The position numbers and the translations under genes are program-made. Below are positions 1 through 10,724 of a DNA stretch of 64,000 nt, piece after piece (the stretch's first letter is position 1; each line of letters starts with the position of its first letter). Source of the DNA: Octopus vulgaris (lineage: Eukaryota); assembly GCA_951406725.2 (NCBI GenBank), contig OX597825.1, forward strand, positions 35,402,001 through 35,466,000. Reading direction: 5' to 3'. Below the pieces are notes generated by a model. The model did not search any database. It saw only the letters and a program-made list of their open reading frames with translations, and had not been told where the DNA came from.

Positions 1-222
1 TTTATTCTCTATAGCACAGTGGTCCATCGCAAAAGTTACAGTTCACTACAGTAAGCAGTAGAAGTGTCGCATCATAAAATTCCTGTTGTGTTGAGATGTA
101 ACAGCAAGAAGTGCTTTCGAAGTGAAAAGTATTTCGTAAATCTATCACCTACACCCCAGATTGTACTTGAAAGTAAATAAATCTCACATCCGTGCCACCA
201 ATGGGAACAATGAAGTGAGTAG

Positions 223-264
223 CTGAGTGAATAAAGTTTCGGATTACTGTCTCATGAGACTCAG
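223..264 (-). ncRNA. Degenerate type I hammerhead ribozyme motif
   Basis: Minus strand reads ctgagt-CTCATGA-gacagtaatcc-GAAAC-ttta-TTC-actcag. Stem I is a perfect 6 bp; the core has G5>C and stem III has a mismatch. Confidence 0.6.
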
Positions 265-409
265 TATCTCTTAACAATAAAGAAGATAATGTTTTTATAG
301 ATAGTCGCGGCTTAAATATACTGAATGTTGGAGGAAAAACAATACATACATACATACATGCATACAATGTTGTTATATGGTTATGAAAAGGGGGAAAACT
401 ATAAACCAG

Positions 410-1550
410 ACTAGCAACATCTCCATCAATGATACCCCTATATCTGACGATAAATGTTACAGGTATGTAGGGGTAGTTAAAACATATCTTACAATGGCAC
501 CTGTAACAAAACACGTGTCACTAAAGAATATTACAGCCGAATAAAGAAAATTTGAACCTCAGAATTTGAACCTCTCTGCATTCAATAAAACAGTGGCCCG
601 CAATGTATTTGCAGTGCCAGTACTCATATCAACATTTGGGCTACTTGATTGGATGAGATTCGAGCCATTGATGTGAAAACCCGAAAAATACTAACAAGCA
701 CACATAATTTCCACATAAACAGTGACGTAGGCCTCCTCTAACTAAAAGGAAAACAAGGTGGCAGGGGTTTGACATCGATCCAAAATGCCTTTGAATGTTG
801 TATCATATCCTTTCGGCAACATCTTTTAACCACCAAGTGTCGAGGGGGATCCCTTGACCAAGTTTGCATACATGAGGTAGATAACATCACAAAACTTGGA
901 AGGCAGCTCCTTGAACAACATTCTTTGTCTGATAACCAAGAATACGTGCTCAAAGAAGTCGCACGACTCTACGGCAACGTATCATCAGATGAAAGGATGA
1001 GCCTATATGAGCAGAAGACTATACATGGATATGTTAGCAGAAAGCTTTGAGATGATAGTAACATTGACCATCAAAGCAGTCGATTTCTACCTCCCACTTT
1101 GAAGGGTACGCGTTTGCAATCCAAGGAATATCAACCAAGTACCTGATGCACAAAAGGGATAGAGATGAAGGAAAAGCAGTAAAATGTGACAACTAATGCA
1201 GACTTTGTGGAGTTAACACCGGAGATATCACCCGCATCATAAGCAGGTGTCATCACGGTATTATCTACCGATGAGATATGAGGTTATAACTAGGACACTC
1301 TGTAATGAAATCCTTCAGAAGGATAACCCTGAGGACAAAGAGATAAGAACTCACAGTATGGTAGAAGCCACAGTCATTCATAATAAAATGGAGTACTAGT
1401 GGAATGTCCCAATGAAGACCTCAATAAAATGTAAGCACAACAAATGTAATATAATGATTTGGGATAGAGAAGAGAAATTGTGTACAATTGTGGGAATTAG
1501 CTGCTCAGCAGATGTTAACAAAGCTGAAGATTAGCCAAAAAGAGAATACT
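410..1550 (+). mobile_element. Decayed R4/Dong-type non-LTR retrotransposon (RT C-terminus, CCHC zinc knuckle, RLE endonuclease)
   Basis: Frameshifted translations include CYRYVG, AVPVLISTFGLLDW, KGKQGGRGL, CRLCG..DITRIISRC and WNVPMKTSIKCKHNK..IMIWDREEKLCTIV. Confidence 0.85.
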
Positions 1551-2199
1551 AGGCCATCCCGTGCATTCCTCTCTGAATATGTCCTCATATCGTCTGTAAT
1601 ACGCGGTAAAGGTAGTTCTTTCATCCGGTTTGTACTGAAATTCTTCGATGGGATTTGCAACACTGTCCGTTGAAAATGATTCTGTCGTATTTCTCGACTG
1701 AAGTAACAAATCTGTTAACTTCTGTAGCTGTTGCTGACGCTTCTATTGTTGTTTTACGACTGGTTTCAGAAACTCTTCCATTTCGGTATTATTTTCAGTT
1801 TCAATATTGTTCGAATCCTCGGTACTGTTCGAAACCTCGACGCCACTGTCGTATGAGTGGCGATATTGTCCTCGTCCTCGTCGCCACTGTTGTATCGCAG
1901 GTTCGACGTACGATATAACGGGATAATAAATAACGTCGTCGCAAATCGCTCCACTCAAGATAAAAAATACTTGTAATTACATTCGACGATTCGCAATTCT
2001 CGGCTTTACACAGCTCACTCTCGCCACACTCTCTGCGCATGTCCATTTATATTCTGACAGTCCATTAGGTGCCAACCAAATACGGGTGTTCTACTTCCAC
2101 ACAACAAGCTCAAACCACAGAAAGGGTTGAACGTGTCCAAAGTTTGGTATGGAGTACCAACAAGCTTATGGCATCCCACTTCGAAATCTACATACACCA
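1551..2199 (-). mobile_element. Gypsy/Ty3 LTR retrotransposon 5' internal region with gag fragment
   Basis: ORF 1515-1709 STDSVANPIEEFQYKPDERTTFTAYYRRYEDIFREECTGW resembles invertebrate Gypsy gag N-termini. A PBS-like TGGTGT..GAAGTGGGAT lies upstream at ~2170-2199. Confidence 0.7.
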
Positions 2200-2205
2200 A
2201 GGCAC

Positions 2206-2237
<32 letters not shown>

Positions 2238-3818
2238 TATATATATATATATATATATATAAAATTGAGAATGTGTGTCTGTCTGTCTGTGTGTTTCCCT
2301 AAAACTTGAGAACTACAGAACCAATTTCATTCAAATTTTACACGTGCCTTACTTAGGGTCCGGGGAGTGTCATCGGCCAAAGAAATTTGAACTTCTTGCC
2401 TAGGGCGAGCCCACAGCAATATCATATCTTCTCCCCTATGATTCCCTAAAACTTGAGAACTACACAACCAATTTCATTCAAATTTTACACATGCCTTACT
2501 TAGGGTCCATGTAGTTTCATGGGCAAAGAAAATGTTCAACTTCTTGCCTAGAGCGAGCCCATAGCAATATCATATCTTCTCCACTATTTCAGTATTACGT
2601 GTTAAAAGTGAAACAAAAACATTTCTCTATTTTATGTCAGATGTTTTCACTTTAACAATAAAAATAATAATAATAAGTAATAATTAAAATCAAACTAAAG
2701 TATAATATAATCGTATCATAACAAAAGTAAAAATAGAAATTGGTATAAAATTGCATCAATGATTTGAACTTGAATAAGTGGTTTCACATGAATGGGAATG
2801 AATTAAAAATAAAATTAGCGTGCAGAAATGGAATAGTCCAGATGGAATATTATACATAAAGGACTATAGCTTCAACTGCGTACTGTTTTTGATTCACTGT
2901 AACGTTTGTTATTATTATTACTGTTTAACTATTGTTATCACGTTTGTTGGTTTCTCGTAAGGGAAATGTTGTTGTGTTGCATTTGTTAAATAATTGTAAA
3001 CTGTAACCCTCCCCCTTTGGGAGAAGGAGCTTTGGTTATTGTTTAAAAATTGAATTGTGTTCCTGTTTGGGGAAGTTGGCAATATTTTCACCGTTTACAC
3101 GGAAGCATCTTTGTTACAATACCTTCGATAGAAGAAAGTCCAAAAATGAATTTCGCTGCAGCCGTCGGCGGACGCGAACTCATTGAAATTAAAATGGAAG
3201 AAATACGGATTGACCACCGACAAAGACGGTGAATCTAAGATAACACCACCAAACGAAATAAAAAATTAAATTAAAGAAAAAACTATTGTCTATAAAGTAT
3301 ACAATGTAGAGAAAAAAAAAGATTTGAACACCTGGAGGAAAGCACCATCGAAAAGTGTCTTGGTGTGACTATGAAAGATATCTAAACAGAGGCGGTAAAT
3401 TCGCCACAATAGAAGCAAGGTTCGAGTCAACGGAGCGTGCAAGGGAGTACTCGACTCGAACTTGCAAAGTGGAAATATTTTAATTTTACCTTTATATCTG
3501 GGACGTAGGACGTCCCTGAAAAAATTTAAAATGTCTCCCCCCACCAGAAGTAGAGGTAGGCTGGATTGTAGCCACACTTCCATACAAGAGGGAGGACAAG
3601 ATACAATTGATCGAAATTACAAGAGACGGACTAACAATTCCAGTCTGTTATATATTTTGAGCATTGTTATCACTAGCAATATCAAGATATAACTTTGTAT
3701 TTTGTATTTTATGTGTAGATGTATATATATAGATGTACATGTAATATGTACACATATATATACACATATATACATGCACTAGCACTATGACCTGGCAACT
3801 ACGGGTCATTAATGCTAG
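2238..3818 (+). mobile_element. Non-autonomous Helitron
   Basis: The 5' end reads (TA)n-AAATTGAGAATGTGTGTCTGTCTG..aactacagaaccaatttcattcaaatttt. There is an internal ~145-bp direct repeat (~2296-2437 and ~2443-2585). The 3' end has the hairpin atgacc..ggtcat followed by CTAG|T. Confidence 0.7.
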
Positions 3819-3959
3819 TATATATATATATATATGACCAGCCTTGTATTTCTGGATTCTCAAGCCTACAAACTGAAAAGAAAAAGTGGAACATTAATAC
3901 ATTAATAAATAATCTTAGCTGCAAAACAACTTAATAGGTAATGATAATTCTATTTTACT

Positions 3960-4600
3960 TTATATTCTATCATCTCTGCAGTGATTTGTAAATAGAATAC
4001 CGTGTTTTCAGAGATGTATATACGCAAACAGAATATAATTGCCTGCATAGATATCTGTGAATATACGGAATATAAACTAGCTTCATCTATATATATATAT
4101 ATATTTAAAGATTCAGGATATGAAATGTCTTCATAAGATATATGCAAATAGAAAGATTATAAAGTGCTTTCTTAGACATGTTTAAACAGCCAGAATATGT
4201 ATTAAGCAGAATATAAATTATCTACATACATATTTGTAAATATACCGTAGACCAAGTGCCTACGTAGATACATGTGAACGAGATAAATTATACATGGTCT
4301 AAATAGACAAAGTGTATCTCTTCATATGTATACGTAAGCAAGTGGAATATAGGGTTTTAATAAATATGCCTAGACAAACAGGATACAATAGATCTTCACA
4401 GATATATTTATACAGGCAGAATTTATCGACAAAGAATATATAAAGAGTAGTTATATATATGTATAAGATGACTTCTTAAATATATGTTAACACAAAATAT
4501 GAAGCGTCTACATAGATTATATATAAACATAGGAAGTACAGAGTGTCTTCATACATTATATAAAAAGTCAGTCACCTAATCTTTTTATCTATATTAGCAA
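3960..4600. repeat. Degenerate minisatellite (~35-bp unit)
   Basis: Recurrent agaatata..tctacatagata..tgtaaa-like motifs. Confidence 0.4.
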
Positions 4601-4619
4601 CAGAGGTAGTATTAAATAC

Positions 4620-5113
4620 TAGAGATAATATTTATATATTCCGGCGGAGAGATGGGTCACTGCAAAATCTAGTGATCTAGAGTTCGTCATCGATGAGACC
4701 AAGGAAGATTGAAATCATGTGGCCTGGTAGTCTACGCGTTGGAGGTGGTGGGGAATTTAACTCCCCGCCAGCGATATAAACGAGCGCACATTTTGCACCA
4801 AAAGCCAATATTAGAGTTTCTCTCATAGCATCTACCGCAGTATAGTTTGTTCTAACAGAATACCCACGTTTAAGCGGGGATAAATATTACCTCTTAGTAT
4901 TAATACTGACTCTGGTGCAGTTTTTTTTTCAATATATCGCTGGCGGGGAGATGAGTCACTGCTATCTCTAGCGAGCGAGCGGCCATCCTTGACGAGACCA
5001 AGGAAGGTCGCAATTACGTGATCTGCTGAAGCAAGTATGATAGTTTGTGTCATGGTATGTACTGCAGTGTAGTGTTCTAACAGAACACCCACGTTCAAGA
5101 GGGGAAAAATATT
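4620..5113 (+). repeat. Tandem ~300-nt unit carrying degenerate HHR motifs (retrozyme/PLE-like)
   Basis: ggcggrgagatgrgtcactgc occurs at 4643 and 4942. Both copies are followed by YYGAYGA-GACC-aaggaa-GRTY-GMAA-TYAYGTGR-YC. Confidence 0.6.
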
Positions 5114-5236
5114 AGCTTCCAGTTGTCTTGTATTAGAGACCAGTTTCATGCAAAACAATTTTCCCCCAGACATTTGGATCTCACGTATAGCAAAACGCTA
5201 TAAAGTAGACTATATAATTTACTTATTATATGTATA

Positions 5237-5330
<94 letters not shown>

Positions 5331-5508
5331 ATAATAAATATTAGGGAATAAATCCAAATTTACAGGGAAAAAATCAGATTTAGGATTAAATACAATTTTA
5401 TAGTAAAATATTATAAAATATTATTAGAGACAAAACCACTATTTTGCAAAACAAACAAGGAAAGACTTAATCAATACATAAAATTTTAATAAATAGTCAA
5501 AAAAACCG

Positions 5509-5551
5509 CCACTACAATTGTTTCTTGTCTTGATCGACAATCTTCAGGTGG
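5509..5551 (-). ncRNA. Minimal type I hammerhead ribozyme (intact)
   Basis: ccac-CTGAAGA-ttgtc-gatcaa-gacaa-GAAAC-aatt-GTA-gtgg. Confidence 0.9.
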
Positions 5552-5574
5552 ACTTCCAATAAGTCAGTTTCATA

Positions 5575-5617
5575 CCACCTGATGATTGTCGATCAAGACA
5601 AGAAACAATTGTAGTGG
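5575..5617 (+). ncRNA. Minimal type I hammerhead ribozyme (intact)
   Basis: ccac-CTGATGA-ttgtc-gatcaa-gacaa-GAAAC-aatt-GTA-gtgg, with predicted cleavage after A5613. Confidence 0.9.
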
Positions 5618-5704
5618 CGGTTTTTTTGACTATTTATTAAAATTTTATGTATTGATTAAGTCTTTCCTTGTTTGTTTTGCAAAATAGTGGTTTTGTCTCT
5701 AATA

Positions 5705-5779
<75 letters not shown>

Positions 5780-6170
5780 CAGATTGGCTGTTTATTTCTC
5801 TGGGATTAGTCACTTGATGTAGATATCACTGATGAAAATTGACTAAGGTTGTTCATCATATTTTTCAATCCACGGTAAAATATACCATATTTGTATTTCT
5901 ACAGCGTATGCTTACATATATTTTATCATACCTTGATAATGTGAGGACTGAGATCCATGTTGACAGACCACTGATATCAAGTACAGTGCTAAATACTTAA
6001 GGCGTTCAAATTAGTAGCTCCAATTCTCTGTAGGTACTGGATTTGTTGATTATATAAATAGATTGGCTACTTGTCGCTCTGGATTGGTTAAATGGCTTAC
6101 ACTCGTCTGATGAGGACACAATAAGGTTCAAAAATCGATTAAGGCTGTTCATCACATTTTTTCAATCTAG
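5780..6170 (+). repeat. Diverged tandem ~280-nt unit with decayed HHR-like motifs
   Basis: agattggct..CTGATGA..aaaatygaytaaggytgttcatca..tttttcaatc occurs twice, at ~5780-5870 and ~6060-6168. Confidence 0.5.
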
Positions 6171-6285
6171 AGAGATTGATTGTACTTATACAACATAGAT
6201 TTACATATGTATATACTATGGATACACGCACACACACACTCACACACACACACACACACACACACATACATATAAATATATATAA

Positions 6286-6345
<60 letters not shown>

Positions 6346-6577
6346 AATTAGATACACAACCGAAAGAGCGTCCAATAGTTCATGCTGCAATGATACTTGA
6401 ACTGGCATATTTATAAATTACGCCATGTAGCTTAAAGCAATCTTCCAGGCTTTATATATGCATTACGCACGCACACACACACAGACACACGCACACACAC
6501 ACGCACTCACTCACACATACACGTAAGTATCGAACAAAGACGATGAATGCTCAACACTGCATTGGTAGATAAATATC

Positions 6578-6802
6578 CTTTATTTGTGTATCAAGGCTTT
6601 CATTGGTTTGGGTTTTACGTCGAGAGGTACCTCAACAATTGTCAAGCCTGTAACATGGAACATCGGAGATCGCATCCATTTTGGACTTTTGGAGTTTTAA
6701 TCCAAAATGGAGACGAACACCGATGTTCCATGTGATAGTCTTGATAAATGTTGAGGTATTCCTTAACATGAAACCAATTGCAATCTTGATCCACAAATAA
6801 AG
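6578..6802. repeat. Imperfect ~105-bp-arm inverted repeat (fold-back element)
   Basis: ctttatttgtg..ggaacatcgg..tccattttgga pairs with tccaaaatgga..ccgatgttcc..cacaaataaag. Confidence 0.85.
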
Positions 6803-7155
6803 TACACACACACACATTTACATTGTCCCAAAGAGGTATAGAAGATTCAATCAGAATGGATTGGATATTTACCACTTCCGAGGTACCGCTCGCTATGAAG
6901 CATTTGTAGCCCAAATCTTATCTACGCCATTCCTTAACGCTTGTATTCTTATTCGTATGCCCGTGAACCCTGGTCGCCTACCGTGAAATATTAAAAAAAA
7001 AATTTTTTTTTCAGTTTATCGTACTTCGATACGAAAAAAATCCACAACCTTCCGTCTCAGTAAACCACTATTATCCCAGAAAGTTGTTTTTTTAATATTT
7101 ACTACGGATTGCTTGAAGGTAACTTTTTTCCTACACCTCGATCTTTGAATCTTAA

Positions 7156-7209
<54 letters not shown>

Positions 7210-7211
<2 letters not shown>

Positions 7212-7500
7212 ATAATAAAATATTAAGGAATAAATCCAAACTTACAGGGAAAAATCAGATTTAGGATTGAATCCAATTTTATAGTAAAATATTATATTAT
7301 ATTAAATTAGAGATAAAACCACTATTAGGCAAATCATACAATGAAAAACTTAAGCCAATACATAAGATTAATTAATTCATATTATTTTAAATATATATCA
7401 AAATTATTAAAAAAAGATAATGAGTATAACACTACGATCGTTTCATGGCTGTCCAATTCGTAAAAATTCGAGTTACAGTCATTCTTCAGGTGATTGAAAT
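7210..7500 (-). mobile_element. Penelope-like pseudo-LTR remnant
   Basis: Homologous to 5325-5480 (gaataaatccaaayttacagggaaaaatcagatttaggatt) and contains an HHR. Confidence 0.7.
7430..7492 (-). ncRNA. Type I hammerhead ribozyme (core intact)
   Basis: cac-CTGAAGA-atgactgt..acagccat-GAAAC-gatc-GTA-gtg. Confidence 0.85.
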
Positions 7501-8256
7501 ATCTAAAATATAATCAGAAATATTTAAACAATATTTTTAAGATATAAATAATATATATAATATAATGATTTTACTTATAATAAACTCTATTATCAAACTA
7601 GAGACATAGAACTTAACAATTATGATTATATCCAAATCGACTATAATGTTAAATATTAATTTTAATTTATAAGGTAGGAAACCCACCCATAATCTAATAT
7701 CAATATTAGTCTATATCTAATTACATAAATATTTAAAATGACTAATATATAAATTATCAATGAAAATATATAAATGTATATAAATATTATAATTAAGATC
7801 TAAAATAATCTCTATAAATAATTGTATATGCACATATAATAAAAAACCTAATAAATTTAATTTTTCATATTTAAAGATGAAATAGCTAATTTCAAAATAC
7901 AAATAAACTAACTTAAACGAACTTTCGGAAATCTTATGTAAAATACTTTTAGAAATAATCAATTCGTAGTAATATAGTATCGAATAGATACTATAAATAC
8001 TATAAATATAATTATGAATGGGAATAAGTATCGAATATAAATTTAAAGAAATAACTAAGTTATGCTATTAAATTAGACATGGCCTGGACCAATCTTTAGT
8101 CGAAACATATCTAAATTTATCAAAGTTTATCTAATTTAATTATAAATTTAAAACTACAATTAATACTATTAAAACATGTATATACAAAGCCTAACTTAAT
8201 ACACCTCGTATACTTGCTATCAAATAACAAATCTATCGCTAAGAAGTATCTTACGA

Positions 8257-8311
<55 letters not shown>

Positions 8312-8581
8312 TATCTAATGCAAAAATGCATTGCAAACTGCGATAAGTAATAAAATAGAAATAAGCTTTAAACGTGTATTTTTCTATGTGACCCGGTGCC
8401 AAATGACTCGCGGCCCGGTTCTGGTCGCTGTTGGGGAACCCAGGTGTAAACAGTCAGAATGTAAATGTATTCACAAATGTTTGTAAACTGGTAGAATTGG
8501 CTCCGTGTATGTGTGTATGTGTGTATGTGTGTGTGTGTATGTGTATGTGTGTGTACGTATATATAATAGAGAGAGAAATAA

Positions 8582-8624
<43 letters not shown>

Positions 8625-8829
8625 TAGAGAGATAACAGCAACAACAGCAATTGTAATGCATTGTATATATCTTAAAATATTTCGTTGTCCAAATCTCTTG
8701 CTACCATTTGCTGCATATATGAGAATATTTCAACGAAGTATTGTTTGTATTTCTTTCTACAGCAAACCATTCAGGCAACTAGAAATGGCAGCACTCTCTA
8801 GTCAATGAAATTCTGTCCCATATATATAT

Positions 8830-8987
8830 TGTTGAAATTACAGAAAAACAAAAGACGAAGATAGGTGTATGAACAACAAACATGTGTATTAGTTTCACGC
8901 TCGGAAAGTGAGAACGTCTTTTATTATTCGAGCCTACGCTCTTCAACAGGAAGGAATATGAGGAAATAAACAGAGAGATAATAGAGA

Positions 8988-8990
<3 letters not shown>
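8830..8990 (-). mobile_element. PLE pseudo-LTR-type repeat with decayed HHR-like motif
   Basis: Same family as 41360-41480 and 63300-63470. Minus strand reads CTGTTGA-a-gagc-gtag-gctc-GAATA. Confidence 0.6.
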
Positions 8991-9040
<50 letters not shown>

Positions 9041-9199
9041 CACGTTTGCACATACATGCACACACGCGCACGTGCATATGTGTCTGTACCACCATCATAA
9101 CGCAGAGTAACACCAATATACACGTATTGGTTATTGCACACGCACACAGAGTCAGCAATTTGCCTGAATACATATTGGGTAGACACAGAACCTCTGCGC

Positions 9200-9395
9200 A
9201 GACGATCGAACTACTAGAAATAACATTGCGCAGTCCTAAAAATAGAAGGACACATCGGACAAGTTGTCTCTGATAAACAAAAATATTGGATAATCAGGGT
9301 TGTAACGTCTTTCATCATAGGTTTGTTTGATCAGATTTAACCTCAAGCCCAACAACAACAGCAACAACAACGACAAGACAACGACAACAACAAAA
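9200..9395 (+). mobile_element. Interspersed retro-repeat 3' end with (CAA)n tail
   Basis: ctagaaata..gaaggacacat.gga..catagg..(caa)n, with related pieces at ~31130-31290 and 47410-47500. Confidence 0.45.
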
Positions 9396-9747
9396 TTATA
9401 CTGTATATATCATATATTACTTTAAAATAATTTGTTTTCTGTCTGGGCTTCTTCCTGATTATTCAGAGTATATGCAATTGAATGAAAGAAAACTGAAAAC
9501 AATGAAGTGTAAGACACTAAATCAATAAACTGAAGCGAAGGACGCGAGGGGAACGAAAGAGCCAGGTGTTGTATTGGAGAAAATGTCTATTCTAATAGGG
9601 GTAGCATACAATCTAATGCTAGCAGGTTACGTATTGGAGGAGAGAGGGAGCGAGAGAGAAGGGAGGAGGAACTGTAGAAGGTAGAGTATTGACAATTAAA
9701 AAGGTAGGTTTGAAAAATAGTGTAAATAGAAAGAAATGGGCAAAATA

Positions 9748-9770
9748 TCTATCTATCTATCAATCAATCA

Positions 9771-9850
<80 letters not shown>

Positions 9851-10136
9851 GTCTATCTATCTATCTATCTATCTATCTATTCTATATATACATATACACA
9901 TGCGTGTATATGTATGTATGTATCTATGTATTTATGTACGTATGTATGTATGTATGTATGTATGTATGTATGTATGTATGTATGTATGTATGTATGTATG
10001 TATGTATGTATGTATGTATGTAGGCATGCATGCATGCATGTGTGTATGTATGTATGTATGTATGTATGTATGTATGTATGTATGTATGTATGTATGTATG
10101 TATGTATGTATGTATGTGTCTATGTATCTATGTATG
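9748..10136. repeat. Compound (TATC)n/(TATG)n microsatellite
   Basis: Direct inspection; representative of dozens of microsatellites in the window. Confidence 0.95.
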
Positions 10137-10138
10137 TA

Positions 10139-10564
10139 TACTCTTTTACTTGTTTCAGTCATATGACTGTAGCCATGCTGGAGTACCGCCTTTAGTCGAA
10201 GAAATCAACCCCAGGACTTATTCTTTGTAAGCTTAGTACTTATTCTATCGGTCTCTTTTGCTGAACCGCTAAGTTACGGGGACGTAAACACACCAGCATC
10301 TGTTGTCAAGCGATGTTGGGGGACAAACACAGACACACAAACACACACACACTCATACATACACACATACACACACACACACACACACACGTACACACAC
10401 ACACACACACACTTCTTTCAGTTTCCATCTACCAAATCCACTTACAGAGCTTTGGTTGGCCCAGAGCTATAGTAGAAGACACTTGCCTCAGGTACTATGC
10501 AGTGAGACTGAACACTGAACCATGGTTGGAAAGCATGTTTCTTACTACACAGCCACACCTGCGC

Positions 10565-10565
<1 letters not shown>
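10139..10565 (-). mobile_element. tRNA-derived SINE, family A
   Basis: Box A/B-like head (tggctgtg..ggttca), ggcaagtgtcttctac core, internal microsatellite and aaacaagtaaaagag tail. Confidence 0.9.
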
Positions 10566-10631
<66 letters not shown>

Positions 10632-10680
10632 CATATATATACTTACATATACATAGGCGCGCGCGTGTGTTTAATGATAA

Positions 10681-10724
<44 letters not shown>

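Larger units (their letters stand above)
5325..5714. mobile_element. Penelope-like pseudo-LTR with ~140-bp inverted repeat
   Basis: Arms 5412-5551 and 5575-5714 are near-perfect reverse complements, each holding an HHR. The left flank is homologous to 7210-7330, and the unit sits between (TA)n tracts. Confidence 0.8.
5120..8445 (+). mobile_element. hAT-Charlie-like MITE split by ~3 kb of nested insertions
   Basis: The 5' part (gaccagtttcatgcaaaacaattttcc) and 3' part (gcggcccggtt..gttggggaaccc) are collinear with the compact copy at 18868-19532. Confidence 0.6.

Noticed and set aside
9689-10230. Long ORFs such as the 168-aa YLSI/YVCM repeat, and similar poly-IY, HT and CV ORFs throughout
   Set aside because: They are translations of stop-free microsatellites, not genes.
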